From Selaginella moellendorffii (taxonomy: Eukaryota > Plantae > Lycopodiophyta): a stretch of DNA of 64,000 nucleotides. How positions within the stretch are numbered: the first letter of the stretch is position 1; every line of letters begins with the position of its first letter. A program made the position numbers and the translations under genes. Positions 12,255 to 23,835 of this stretch are shown here, piece after piece. Where the stretch lies: the NCBI RefSeq assembly GCF_000143415.4, contig NW_003314302.1, positions 1,588,395-1,652,394 of the forward strand, written 5' to 3'. The notes under the pieces were generated by a model, which worked only from the letters and a program-made list of their open reading frames with translations, had not been told where the DNA came from and did not search any database.

Positions 12255-15200
12255 ATGGTCGTATCGCCAGGGCAAATCTCCCAGAGGCGATTCCAGCGGC
12301 GGCTCCTCGTTCAGCTTCGATCGGTGAGTTCTAGATCGACATTGGAACAGGGATCGCGAGACGGTCGCATCGGGAGACTGCTTGCCGGATTGAAATCCTG
12401 CGCCAGGGCAAAAGATCTTCCGGGTGGAAAGAGACTCCAACGCGAGGCGATCGCCAGCGGCAGCGCCTCGAATGTCTTCGTGGCAACAGCGCTGGTGGAT
12501 TGCTTCGCAAAATGTGGAAGCATGGCAGATGCTCGCCAAGTTTTCGACGCCATGGCCAGTCGCGACGTGGTGTCTTGGAACGCTCTTCTCCTTGGGTATG
12601 TCGAGAATGGCGAGAGCGAGCTCGCATTGGAATTTTTTGCCGGAATGGGAGAGAAAGGCTGCGAGGGAAATGCCAGGACGTTCCTGGCGGCATTCATGGC
12701 TTGCTCAAGTTTGGCTTCCAGAGAAGCTGGAAAATCACTAGAGGGGAAGCTCGTCAAGCTAAAGTCACTGGAGAAGGGAATGGATCTTCACTCGCAGGCG
12801 TGGAAAAGAGGAAGAGATTGCCAGGAGAATTTCTTCATGGCGACTGGACTTCTCGACATGTACTCCAGGTGTGGAAGCATGGTTGACGCTCGACAGGTTT
12901 TTGATACCATGGAAAATCACGACATTGGCTCCCTGAACGCACTGATCGTGGGATACGTCGAGAATGGCCATAGCGAGCTTGCTTTGGAGATCTACTCGTC
13001 CTTCCGACAAGGTTCTAGCTTGGTTGCGAACGCTAAAACTTTCCTCGCCGCCACCATGGCCTGTGGAAACTTAGCAGCAAGCCAGGGAGAAAAGATTCTG
13101 GAAACGGGGAGAGCTATACACTTGCACGCGGTGAAGAGCTGCTGTGACGGGGATATATTTCTGGCAAACAGCCTGGTGGACATGTACGCCAAGTGTGGAA
13201 GCATGCCAAACGCTCGAAAGGTGTTCGACAGGATCCCGGCTCCAACTTTAGTGTCGTGGACTTCGCTCATCCAGGGGTACGTAGAAAACTCCCAGAGTGC
13301 TGTCGCTCTGGAACTCTTTGGCCTCCTAATGAAGAAGTGTTGTACCGTTCCAGATGCCAGGATTTTTGTCACCGGGATTATGGCCTGTGCTAGTCTGGCG
13401 TCTCAAGAGCAGCCAACTTTGGGAGATCTCAGCGGGAAGGATGTTAAAACGAGAAGCTTGAACAGAGGGCGAGAGATCGTCTCCATGGCTGAGGAGAGTG
13501 GCTGTGGAAAGGACGTCTTTCTCTTGACTGCGGCAATCGATATGTACGCGAAGTGTGGGAGCCTAGCGGAGGCGCAGAAGTGCTTCGACAGGATGCCGAG
13601 ACATGACACCGTGTCGTGGAACGCTTTGCTTCTCGGCTACGTGGAGAACGAAGAAGCAGACTTGGCACTGGAAGCTTATCAGCGGATGCGGCTAGAAAAA
13701 TGCCTGCCAAACTCGAGAACACTTCTGGCCTTGACGATGGCATATACGGCTTTGGCTACGAAAGAAGCTGGGGAACTCATCTATGGCCGGGTGGTGAAGA
13801 CGAAGAGCTTGGAGAAATGCACGGCTTTGCATTTGGAAGCCGAAAGGCAAGGCTTTGCGTCCGATATCATTCTCGCGGGGGCATTGGTGGATATGTATTC
13901 GAAGTGTGGGAGCCTGGCAGATGCTCGCAGAGTTTTCGACGGTATGCTACATCACAATGCAGTCGCATGGAAGTCACTGATTCTGGGATACTTGGAAGCT
14001 GGCGAAGACGAGATAGTTTTGGAGCTGTTTGGGAGGATGGGAGGATTTACAGGCTGCGTCGGCGATTCTCGGGTGTTGGTCGCTGCACTAGCGGCTTGCT
14101 CCAGTGCTGCTGTCCGGGAAGAATCCACACAGCTCGCTGATGGAAAGTCCGTAAAGCTGAGGTGCTTTGAGACTGCGTTTGCGATGCATGCTCAAGCAGT
14201 GCCTTGCGGCTGCTTCTCGGACATCTTCGTGGCGACTGCGCTGATCGACTTATACATGAACTGCGGAAGGATTCTGGAAGCTCGAGAGGTCTTCGACATG
14301 ATGGTGGATCACGACGTGGTGGCCTGGAACGCTCTGATACTGGGATACTTTGAGAACGACGAGAACGAGCTGGCTTTGGAGATGTTTGAGCGCATGGAAG
14401 CTCAAGGCGACTCGCCAAACGCAGCAACCTTCGTGGCCGTGCTAAGTTCCAGAGCTGCTTTGGCGACCAGAGAAGAAGGAACGAAAACGATCGATGGGAA
14501 GCTCGTGAAAGTCAAGTCACTAGAGGCCGGGATGGAACTCCACAGCCAGGCTGCTCGAACGGGATGCGACTCCGACGTCATGGTGGTCAACGCGTTGCTG
14601 GATTTCTACGCAAGGTGTGGCAGCCCAGCCGATTCCAGGAGAGTTTTCGACTGGATGCCTTGCCACAGCGTGGTGTCCTGGACTTCTCTGGTGGCCAGCT
14701 ACGCAGAGAATGGAGAGGCGGAGCTAGCCTTGAGCATCTTCTTCCTCATGGAAGCTTCAACAGGCTTTGCTCCGGTGGCTCGCTCGTTCGTCGCTGCACT
14801 GAAGGCCTGTGGAAGTTTGGTGGCTCTCGACTGCGGCAGAGCCATTCACGCAGCGATCAACAGGGATGATCCTCGCAGCAGCAGTAAAAGCAGCAGCAGT
14901 ATTCTTGAGAGATCTCTGGTGGAGTTCTACGGGAAGTGTGGGAAGGCGGCCAGCTCTCACAGGATCTTTGATGCTCTCGCCAGCAGCAGCAGGGACTTGA
15001 GTCTGTGGAACTCGCTCTTGGGGAGCTATAGCCACCAGGGAGACGCGGCTCGAGTTTTGGAGCTCTTTGGCTCCATGCACGACGAAGGCTTGAGAGGCGA
15101 TGGGATCACTTTCTCGTGCGTCCTCTCCGTGTGTGGCCGGACGGGGATGGTGGCCACGGGCAGGAGCTTGTTCCAAGCGATGAAATCCTCGGAGTATGGA

Positions 15201-15449
15201 GTGGAGCAAACTCTAGAGCACTTCCACTGCATGGTTGATCTTCTTGGACGTGCAAATCTACTGGAAGAAGCCATGGCAATGGCAAAAACGATGCCATTCG
15301 AGGCTACTACTGTGACTTGGACAATTCTTCTCAGTGCCTGCTGCAAATGGAAGAATCTGGATGTGGGAAGTATTGTGTTTGAGTTTTTGCTCAAGTTGGA
15401 CTCCAGGAATGCCACACCATACATTCTAATGTCTAATTTATGTAAATAA
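12255..15449 (+). CDS. PLS-class pentatricopeptide repeat protein with E domain (organellar RNA-editing factor type), intronless
   Basis: Repeated LVDMYAKCGS..AR.VFD.M...DVVSWNALL.GY units, HFHCMVDLLGRA and an E domain (WTILLSAC...PYILMSN). No DYW domain. Confidence 0.95.
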   Translation: MVVSPGQISQRRFQRRLLVQLRSVSSRSTLEQGSRDGRIGRLLAGLKSCARAKDLPGGKRLQREAIASGSASNVFVATALVDCFAKCGSMADARQVFDAMASRDVVSWNALLLGYVENGESELALEFFAGMGEKGCEGNARTFLAAFMACSSLASREAGKSLEGKLVKLKSLEKGMDLHSQAWKRGRDCQENFFMATGLLDMYSRCGSMVDARQVFDTMENHDIGSLNALIVGYVENGHSELALEIYSSFRQGSSLVANAKTFLAATMACGNLAASQGEKILETGRAIHLHAVKSCCDGDIFLANSLVDMYAKCGSMPNARKVFDRIPAPTLVSWTSLIQGYVENSQSAVALELFGLLMKKCCTVPDARIFVTGIMACASLASQEQPTLGDLSGKDVKTRSLNRGREIVSMAEESGCGKDVFLLTAAIDMYAKCGSLAEAQKCFDRMPRHDTVSWNALLLGYVENEEADLALEAYQRMRLEKCLPNSRTLLALTMAYTALATKEAGELIYGRVVKTKSLEKCTALHLEAERQGFASDIILAGALVDMYSKCGSLADARRVFDGMLHHNAVAWKSLILGYLEAGEDEIVLELFGRMGGFTGCVGDSRVLVAALAACSSAAVREESTQLADGKSVKLRCFETAFAMHAQAVPCGCFSDIFVATALIDLYMNCGRILEAREVFDMMVDHDVVAWNALILGYFENDENELALEMFERMEAQGDSPNAATFVAVLSSRAALATREEGTKTIDGKLVKVKSLEAGMELHSQAARTGCDSDVMVVNALLDFYARCGSPADSRRVFDWMPCHSVVSWTSLVASYAENGEAELALSIFFLMEASTGFAPVARSFVAALKACGSLVALDCGRAIHAAINRDDPRSSSKSSSSILERSLVEFYGKCGKAASSHRIFDALASSSRDLSLWNSLLGSYSHQGDAARVLELFGSMHDEGLRGDGITFSCVLSVCGRTGMVATGRSLFQAMKSSEYGVEQTLEHFHCMVDLLGRANLLEEAMAMAKTMPFEATTVTWTILLSACCKWKNLDVGSIVFEFLLKLDSRNATPYILMSNLCK

Positions 15450-15685
15450 ATTGAACTTCTATTAAGGTTTTCATCTTTGTATTTGCCAACATATTTCCAA
15501 GATTATGGTGGTTCATAACCTTGGAAAGATGAAATATTATTTTGTATTTCTAAGATTATAGACTATCACAACAATCTTATCATAGTAAAATTATTATATG
15601 TGTTGCTAACCTGAGAAAGGTTTCACCTAGTATATAAGACAGTCTTAGAAACCTTCACATCTCATTCAGAGAATCTCACAAGAAA

Positions 15686-16782
15686 ATGGGTTGTGTTTCT
15701 TATATTTTGTCTTTGATTTTAATGTTGCTCCCATTTTCTTCTCTTGCAGCTAACGCAGTATGTGCTCCAGAGATCTTTGTATTCACTGATTCACTTTCAG
15801 ATACTGGAAATCTTTGCACTGCCACTCCATCTCTTTGTGTTGCTAACAATCTTCCATATCGTCAAAACTTCCCTCAAGGTCAACATTCTAGATATGGTCT
15901 CCCAGGCTTTTGGTCACTCTCTAGCTCCAGATGCAATCCTTCCGACCTATGGTACAAATTTCTCTCGAGGGATCAACTTTGGAAATGCTGGCTGCACTGC
16001 AAGTTTTCCTGCATCTTTTGTTGTTCCTCCACAGGGGAGGAATCCATTTGCGCTTGAGATCCGGATTGGCGAGTACAGGCGTGTCCAGAAGCTTGTCCAG
16101 TAGAAATATAAGTCTTCATTCGTGGATCTTTTGCCATCTCCAGAAGGTTTCTCTCGTGCTTTATATTGGGTGGCAACGACTTCAACAAATATAATCTCTT
16201 CTACTACTCCAATCAGACTGCAATTGAGCAAATTCTTGTTCCCAACATCTTAAGAGTTATCAAGGAAGGGATCCAAAAGCTTATCAAGTATGGTGCCATG
16301 AATTTCTTGATTTGGGGTTTGCCAGCGCAAGGTTGTGCTTCTATTAATCTGGCACAAGCAACATCCTTGCCATTCACTAGTGCTGGGGATTATGATCAGC
16401 TTGGTTGTTCTAAGCTCTACAACAATCCGAGCATCTATTACAACCAAAAGCTAATGGATTTGGTTGACGAGTTCCGAGCAAACTATACAGATTGATCATT
16501 CTTCGTTCCGGATTGGTACTCGGATCATTTGGGAATGGTCAATGGCACTATTGGGTCGTTTGATTCGTCAAGGTTTTGGATGCTTGCTGTGGAACTCCCG
16601 GTGCGAAGTATAGATGTGGATCTCCCCCAGATCCAACGCTTGGATGCTTTTGCCGCACTCAAACGGTGTGCGATCCAAATGATTATATAATCTGGGATGG
16701 TATCCATTTTACCGAGGAATTCTCCAGGGTTGCATCTTTGCAGCCAATTCCAAGTTTCTTAAGACTGGAGGGAATACTTTAG
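15686..16782 (+). pseudogene. GDSL esterase/lipase pseudogene
   Basis: Signal peptide, FVFTDSLSDTGN, GINFGNAG, IG(G)NDF, ACCG and IWDGIHFTE are spread over several frames with frameshifts and stops. Confidence 0.85.
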
Positions 16783-17055
16783 TAATGAGCAAGACTTGTT
16801 AATTAATATTTGATTTTGAAGTTACTCAAATCTTGACATTTAACATGAAATATATCGATTTCAATTGATTTTGATTTGATATGTTTCTATGACTTAATAT
16901 TTTATTTCACATATGAAATAAAACATGCTTCCACATTTGTAGCGTTTGATATAAAATGTGCTTGATGATGCAATGTTTCGTTGGGAATTGCTAATGTTTT
17001 TTATTTTCGATTGCTATGAAATAAGATTTGATACTTCACGCTTCCAGTTTGCTAG

Positions 17056-17190
17056 CACGTGGTGAAATTGGAAGCTACGTGGCCGCTCACACTTCGCGTG
17101 TTGACGTGCTGGAGAAGGAAATATTGACGGTCCGCGTGGATTTGATCCAACGGCTGCGATGCGAAGCGTCGCCCTCACTTTGTTATAAGA
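17056..17190 (+). promoter_or_regulatory. SAMDC promoter with G-box/ACGT elements and TATA box
   Basis: CACGTG at 17056-17061, TACGTG and TGACGTG nearby, GATCCAACGG at about 17144 and TATAAG at about 17184. Confidence 0.55.
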
Positions 17191-17375
17191 CCCGCGTTCT
17201 CGCTAGTTTTGCCCTACCTATTGTGAATTGTGCGCTTTTTTTCCCCTCTTTGTGGCGGCGCAGCGTTTTTGCTCGATTTCTTCGCGATCGTCGTTTCAGG
17301 TAAGCGCGGCGCTGCGGCATAGCAGCGGCAATCTCTCTGACTCGCGCTAGTCTTGTGTTTTGTAGAAATCTTGGC

Positions 17376-17384
17376 ATGTTGTGA
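17376..17384 (+). CDS. SAMDC tiny uORF (Met-Leu-stop)
   Basis: ATG TTG TGA; the last A is the A of the small uORF ATG (TGATG overlap), the known plant SAMDC arrangement. Confidence 0.9.
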   Translation: ML

Positions 17385-17619
17385 TGGACGCCAAGGGAGG
17401 CGAGGACGATTCTAGCAGTAGTAGTAGTAACAGAAACTCCAAATTCCGATACGAGATCCCTCTCGGCTACGTTGTGGAGGACGTTCGGCCAAACGGGGGT
17501 TTCGAGAAGCTCCGGCGTGCCGGATTCACTGTGGTAAGCTCAATCTCTTCTGATTCCGCGAGGAAAAATTCTAACTTTTTCTTTTTTTTCTTTCCCAGTG
17601 CGTGAGGAAACCATCCTGA
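17384..17619 (+). CDS. SAMDC small conserved-peptide uORF (56 aa; exons 17384-17533 and 17599-17619)
   Basis: MDAKGG...YEIPLGYVVEDVRPNGGFEKLRRAGFTV|CVRKPS* with a GT-AG intron at 17534-17598. Confidence 0.95.
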
Positions 17620-17729
17620 CATTCCTTCCAGGAGCTTCTCTCAGTAAGATTTAGCTAGCGTTGGGAAGATAGATCTAGGCAGCCAGATTTTTTTTTTCTT
17701 CGTCCTTCTAGCGGTCTTGGGGAAGCATC

Positions 17730-18983
17730 ATGGGACTGGAAGTAGCTTGGGTGGCGGGGCTCCAGCAGGAAGAAGTGGCAGCTACTGTTGGAGCAGTGGC
17801 AACTACTGGCTTCGAGGGATTCGAGAAGAGGCTGGAAATCGAATTCTCGTATGGTCCAAGCAGCGAGGCATCGGGTTTGAGGTCGGTTTCCAGGGAAGGC
17901 CTTGACAGGATGCTCAAGGCGGCCGAGTGCACGATAGTGGCCCAGCTTAGCAGCGACGAGTTTGATTCCTACGTGCTCTCGGAGTCGAGCCTCTTCGTCT
18001 ATCCACTCAAGGTGGTGATCAAGACTTGCGGCACCACCAAGCTGCTGAGGAGCATCCCGGTTCTGCTGGAGCTGGCCTCGAGTTTGGATCTCTCGGTCCG
18101 GTGCTGCAAGTATCGGCGAGGGAGTTTCTTCTTCCCGGCAGAGCAGGATTATCCTCACCGCAACTTCACGGACGAGGTGGAGTTTTTGGACGGCTTCTTT
18201 AGCGGAGGAAGAGGCTACGTTCTTGGAAGTTCTTCCTCGGCACAGAAGTGGCACGTCTACGTAGCACCGGCGGTGGAAGACGAGTTTGGCAGCAGCGAGC
18301 CAAGTTTCACGCTCGAGATGTGTATGACGGAGTTGGACAGGAAGGTGGCGACCGAGTTCTACAAGGACGTGAATTGCTCGGCCGAGGGAATGACTCGAGC
18401 TGCCGGGATTGATGGTCTTCTCCCCGGTGCCAGGATTTGCGACTTCGCCTTCGATCCGTGCGGCTACTCCATGAACAGCGTCGAGGGTGGCGCTTACTCG
18501 ACGATTCACGTCACTCCGGAGGATGGTTTCAGCTACGCGAGCTTTGAGACCATGGGATATGGACCGAGGGAGATTGATCTCCAGGTCCTGGTGGACAGAG
18601 TCTTGCGGTGCTTCAAACCGGGCTTCTTCTCGCTGGCACTTTATGCGACTGGGATCAGTGGAGCAGCCGGGAAAAAAAATGGTGGCTCCTCCTGGGGTGT
18701 GGGATTTGTTCCCAGAGGCTACTCTTGCGTGGGAAGTAGCCGCCAGGAACTTGGAAGTGGAGGAGATGTTGTGGTCTATCACACTTTCCGGGCCGAGGAG
18801 GAGCGATCGTCGCCATCGCCACCATCGCCAGATTGGTGGTCTTCAGTTCCAAGGCCTCTGGCAGTCTCGATCGATCCCAAGCGTCAGGAGCTGGAAAGTT
18901 TGAGCGACATCAAGCTCAAGTCGATCGAAACACTCAAGTTGAAGCAGCTGGTTGGCCGCCTGGTGCTGGAACAAGCTGCGTAA
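17730..18983 (+). CDS. SAMDC: S-adenosylmethionine decarboxylase proenzyme
   Basis: GFEGFEKRLEI, YVLSESSLFVYP (self-cleavage site), KTCGTT, FDPCGYSMN and TIHVTPEDGFSYASFE. Confidence 0.98.
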   Translation: MGLEVAWVAGLQQEEVAATVGAVATTGFEGFEKRLEIEFSYGPSSEASGLRSVSREGLDRMLKAAECTIVAQLSSDEFDSYVLSESSLFVYPLKVVIKTCGTTKLLRSIPVLLELASSLDLSVRCCKYRRGSFFFPAEQDYPHRNFTDEVEFLDGFFSGGRGYVLGSSSSAQKWHVYVAPAVEDEFGSSEPSFTLEMCMTELDRKVATEFYKDVNCSAEGMTRAAGIDGLLPGARICDFAFDPCGYSMNSVEGGAYSTIHVTPEDGFSYASFETMGYGPREIDLQVLVDRVLRCFKPGFFSLALYATGISGAAGKKNGGSSWGVGFVPRGYSCVGSSRQELGSGGDVVVYHTFRAEEERSSPSPPSPDWWSSVPRPLAVSIDPKRQELESLSDIKLKSIETLKLKQLVGRLVLEQAA

Positions 18984-19399
18984 GGAGGAAAAGAAGAAAA
19001 ACAATAAGAACAATAAGCGGCATATTCTGTCGCGTGTGAAAGAATATCCTTTGTGTGGTGTTTTAAGTTTATTCTGTCGGTGTTGCCCTAAAATTTGTGG
19101 TATATTCTGTTTGCGCTGCGCACATTCTGTTTAGTTTTTAATCGGTCAAAGGTGATTGCCAGCTGGCCAAACGCGGCTTGACCGTGAAACTACGTGGTGG
19201 AAACTTCACAGACTATGGATGTTTTAACGATGAGTAAATTTCTCGGATGGCAATGAGAATGTGTTCGTGCTCTTCTCATGGACGACGAACACGCAACTCT
19301 TCTCTTTTCCCCACAGAAGCTTCTCCGTAGAAATCGCGAGGGTTCTAGCGAAGGAGCAGGCGGCGTCCGCGGCGGGGCAAGGATTCTTGGAGAAAGGGC

Positions 19400-20990
19400 A
19401 TGGCGCCAGCGCCCGGGTAGGCAGGCGACGCGCGAAATGCGTGTGCGCGATCGCTGTTCTTGCTGCGGGCATCCATTGTGATCGCGATTATCTAGGTCTG
19501 TGGAGGAAATCGGTGGATTGAGCTTGTCTAGGGAAGAAATCGTCGCCCGGGTGGAAGATTACGGTGTGAGCGTGGGATTGCTTGTGGTTTCAGTGATCTG
19601 TATGTGGTGGTTTCGTCGGCGCCGGGGCCGAAGGGATGATCGTCCAAAGCGCAGCATTGCGATGTCTTCTTCTTCGTCCTCCGGGGACTACAAACGTAAC
19701 TCCAAAAAACTGGCTTGTTTCTTTCTTTCTACTTTTTTCTTTTATTTCTTCGTTGTTCGATGAAGACACTGACGCTCTTTTTGTTTGTTCTTGTGACAGT
19801 TGCGTGCTACTCTTACACCGATTTACAATCCGCTACAGAGAACTTCTCTCCCGAGAAGAAGATTGACGAGGGACAATTTGGCGAGCTCTACAAGGCTAGT
19901 GTTGTTTGTATTTTTTTCTTTTCTAATCTTTCTGTGGCTAATCGTTCTTCCTGCTCGCTCGGTTTTTTCTATCTTCAGGGTGAATTGTCGGATGGAACCA
20001 AGTTTGCGGTGAAGAAGCTTTCATCAAAGTATCACAAAGAAGACCACAGTGTGTTCGCTAGCGATGTTTCCAGTATCTTCGCTGTTGAGCATCCAAATCT
20101 CGTCAAGCTCATGGGCTGCTGCATCGAGGCCGATGAGCAATTTCTGCTGTACGAGTTCCTCGAGAACGGAAGACCACTCTCGCGGCTTCTCTTCAGTAAG
20201 TTTCTCTTGGCTAGCTGGAGTTTTCTAAGTTGTTCTTACGTAAGCCATTGCAGACCCAGATAATGGCGAATGCCTAAGCTGGCAAACAAGAATGACCATT
20301 GCGATTGGGATCGCTCGGGGTGTTAATTATCTCCATGAGGAAGCTCATGTTATCCACGGGGATATCCAAGCAAGCAATATCATCATTGATGAGAACTTCA
20401 CACCGAAAATCTCGGATTTTGGTCTTACAAGCCTTCTACCTGACGAGGATAGCTACATCAACTCAAGATTCAGTGGAACTTTGTAAGTATCTTTTACCTT
20501 TTCCGCGTAGAAAAAGTCCTGATGCCTTTTGGCTTTCGATGCACAGGGGTTACATTGCTCCAGAAGTCGCTCAAGGCAAGCTGACGGACAAGGCCGACGT
20601 ATTCAGCTTTGGAGTCTTGCTCCTGGAGATCGTGAGTGGGAGGAACAACTTCGAACCAGATCTACCAATGGAGACGGTGTTCCTCGTACAATGGGTCAGT
20701 GCTAGCAGCTTATATATTTCTCTTTCTTTCTTGAGTTTCTCATGGCCGAAGTGACACAAACGCAGACTTGGAAACTATACGAGCAAGGCAAAGTTTTGGA
20801 GCTGGTCGATCCACTGCTCAACAACGATTTCCCGGAGGAGGAAGTTTTCAGAGCCATCCACATTGCGCTCTTGTGCACGCAAGACTCCGTCAAGAGCCGG
20901 CCACACATGGTCCAGGTACGAGCCATGCTAACAGGTGACTGGGAAATCTCCGTGTTTCCGTCGAGGCCAGGATCGCTGACGGGCCCGTGA
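19400..20990 (+). CDS. Membrane-anchored receptor-like (RLK/Pelle) kinase with a very short ectodomain, 7 exons
   Basis: Spliced model: MAPAPG|SVEEIGG..., a TM segment ([16 protein letters not shown]), RRRR, then [35 protein letters not shown] and [16 protein letters not shown]. Exon phases are consistent; the start is inferred. Confidence 0.88.
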
Positions 20991-21698
20991 AGTGAGCGAT
21001 CGCTCACGCGGATCTTTGTCTCGTCCCGGAGAAAGATTTGTAACTGCGTTTTCAACGCTCAGGTACGATTGCAACTAGTTTCGCAATTGACAAGTCTGGT
21101 TGCAGCGTCAAAAGGCATGACTTTTTTTGTATGGAAGAAAAAAAAAGTATGTAAAAATCATTAAAAAAAATGTAGATTCTTTTTCTTCTGGATGGTTCAC
21201 ATAAGGACGTGTGATAAACGGAAATGGATGAGTTTTAGATGGATTGCCTTGGCAGACTGGGAATTTGCTCTGGTCTGCTCAAACCGAGACAAACAAGCTC
21301 GCTAAAGTGGTGTTTTTTCTCTACTCTTGACTGTCCGGCTCAAGAGAAGCCCTACAACTGTCCTATGGTTTGCATCATGTCGGGCTCAGTGGCAACCAAA
21401 GAAAAGCCGAGAGGTCCTCTCGTGAAGAAAAAATGGTAGCTCAGTGAAAGAGGCTTTGGCCGTATTCTATAGAGGTTTGGTGTTCTTGGTCTCTTGTTTC
21501 TTTGTCTAGAGGCAGAGACAATTAGATTAAGCCATCTCAATAAAAAGTGATGTCATTCTTTATATAGTGGAACCTTTGTTTTAGCTTTATTTCATTGGAG
21601 GCTATGACACTGATGAATCTAGTGAATTTAGGGCTAGCACTAACATGGTTTCTTGCCCATTAGGTTCTTGAAAGATCCTAAAGAATACTCTTTTACAG

Positions 21699-21956
21699 GG
21701 AAACGAAAGTACCTACATGACTAAGCAAATCCTTCGGGATTTCAGATCTTCACTCAGGATCCCAAGCTCTCAGATTTTGGTCTTGCTGGGAACCCTGCCA
21801 ATGATTCCAGCCAGCTCCAACCCCCTCTGCTTCCCCCTGGGCGGAGCAGGGACAAGCTGCCTCTTCCTCTCCAATGGATGACCACCTTCTTTTTCCTAGC
21901 AGTGGAACTCGATTTAAATGAGGAGCTCAGTAGTACATTGACTTCATCTAGATTGT
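21699..21956 (+). pseudogene. Isolated protein-kinase gene fragment
   Basis: PKLSDFGLA encoded at 21761-21787 in an exon-like stretch bounded by AG and GT. Confidence 0.5.
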
Positions 21957-22867
21957 AAGTTTCTGTTCTCTGTTAATTTAATGAAATAAATGTTTGCAGA
22001 GAGTTGTCCAGATATTGCATACATTCGTACCATGCTTGATGTTGGCTGTTGATGTTTGTTTGATTAGAATGTTATTATCGTTTGCTGCAAAAGAAGAACA
22101 AGCATGGACTTCCAGCAATTCTCACGGTCATGGGAATGCAGAGGCTGGTTTATCCTAGCTATGCTTATGATATCGCACATTGTGCTGGCTATAGAGCTCT
22201 ATGGCATGAGGTATACATTTATTTTTGTATATTTGAAAGGACTTCATTATTACTTTTTTGCCACAGTTGGTAAACTCTTTTTGGACCTCTGAAAATGAAG
22301 AGCTAAAAGTCATCCACTTACCTATTTCTAGGCTTAGGGAATTTTGCAAGTTAAGACTCTCGAAATATCTCTAAATGTAAGAGTGCAAGTTGATGTTTAT
22401 AATGGTGTCATGGCTTTTTCTTTTCCTTATTTGTTTCTTTTCTATTGTCATACAAGGTTTTTTCTTTCAGATGTTAGATATACAATCATTTTGCAATTGA
22501 TTCAAATTTTGTTATTTCTATTAACTACTTCCTTATCCTAAGTCCATGTCACTTTTAAGTTTACCTTTGACCCACGTTGACCACGTGGTCAAAATTGGCC
22601 AATAAATTCTTATCCCAAGGATAAGTTGCATTAGTGATCAGGAATTTTACTAGCACTAGCTTTGTAAGTACATGACTGAATAACAGCAAAATCCCTCTTC
22701 ATATATAGGTCTCCAAAAGTCTACAACATGTAAAAAGGATGATGATTAAAACATTTTTGAGGATTTATTTTTATCTCTAGTTATGAACAATATTCTAAAA
22801 TATTGTTGAGCTTTTAGGGTTTGTGTCGACGATGGAAGAAACTTCTGATCTTTTCTTTCTCTGCAGC

Positions 22868-23732
22868 ATCTTCTACCAAACCCGGATGCATATGCAGATA
22901 AGGAAGAAACGAACCTTGCTGCCTTTAAGCATCTAGAGTATGCCCTGGCGGAAATCAAACCTCACAGCGAGTTCGTGACTTGTTCATCACAAAAGATCAA
23001 CCAGCTGTGAAGGATACCACATCTTGCAAATGTGTTCCATGCAGTCGGAAGCATTTTCCAGGCCAGTTCTCCCACAGCCTGGGAGGAAGCCATGACTCAC
23101 ACGAACAGCAAAATAATGGAAAGAAGGAAAAGAAGAGCGGAAAGAAAGAAGAAAAAGACTTTATGGTCTCTGTGGCGCTTGGTGGGGGGCATGGTACCTG
23201 TGCCAGACTTTTGGTCTTGCGATACAGAAACTCTGGCTCAAGATCATGCAGGAGTTGCCGCCGTCGGTCCCCAAGGCATTGAAGGAAGTATGTCGTGAGG
23301 GATGCATGCGTTGCGTCAGAGAGAAATCCGCCTGGCACCCCAGTGAATTGTATACCGGAGGCCGAGTTCCCGTTGTTTGTTGACAAAAAGCAGAAATTCT
23401 TCCGCTTGTCCGCTCGAACTAATCCAATCCAGCAGCATATCCAGGTTGATGTTGAGTTTTGCTGTCCAAATGCGGGACTCGTGCCACCATCCTGCTGCAA
23501 GCACACGGGAATCTTGAATGGCTGCGGAGACGCAGTGCTCCATGTCATCGTTCCGACCGTATCTCGCCATGCTTGGATTTCAACACAGCGGCACTGGCAA
23601 GGGGAAGAAATTCCTGGTGAAGATCAGTTCTTTCTTGTTTTGCCAGGAAGAAATTGGAGTCCCATGATAAATCTTCCTATTATCACGAAACAAATGGCAT
23701 CTCTTATGAGAGATGCTGACTTGGAAGAATAG
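22868..23732 (+). pseudogene. Disrupted coding-like region of unknown family
   Basis: Long reading frames (HLLPNPDAY..., 23032-23298, 23295-23732) are broken by a TGA and a frameshift. No motif recognised. Confidence 0.4.
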
Positions 23733-23835
23733 CTTTAACTTTCTTTCCTCACCTCCTTGGAAGCTCTCACGAATCGGAAGCTCTGCAAATGGAAATGAGA
23801 ATTGTGAGTCGCAAAAATGGAGATCGTCGTTGTGA

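Noticed and set aside
15380-15449. DYW deaminase domain after the PPR E domain
   Set aside because: The ORF stops within the E region, and I saw no HxE/CxxC/DYW motif downstream.
17655-18782. 375-aa antisense ORF over SAMDC, and similar shadows over the PPR, CYP78A and FAAL genes
   Set aside because: GC-rich codon bias explains them, and they carry no recognisable motifs.
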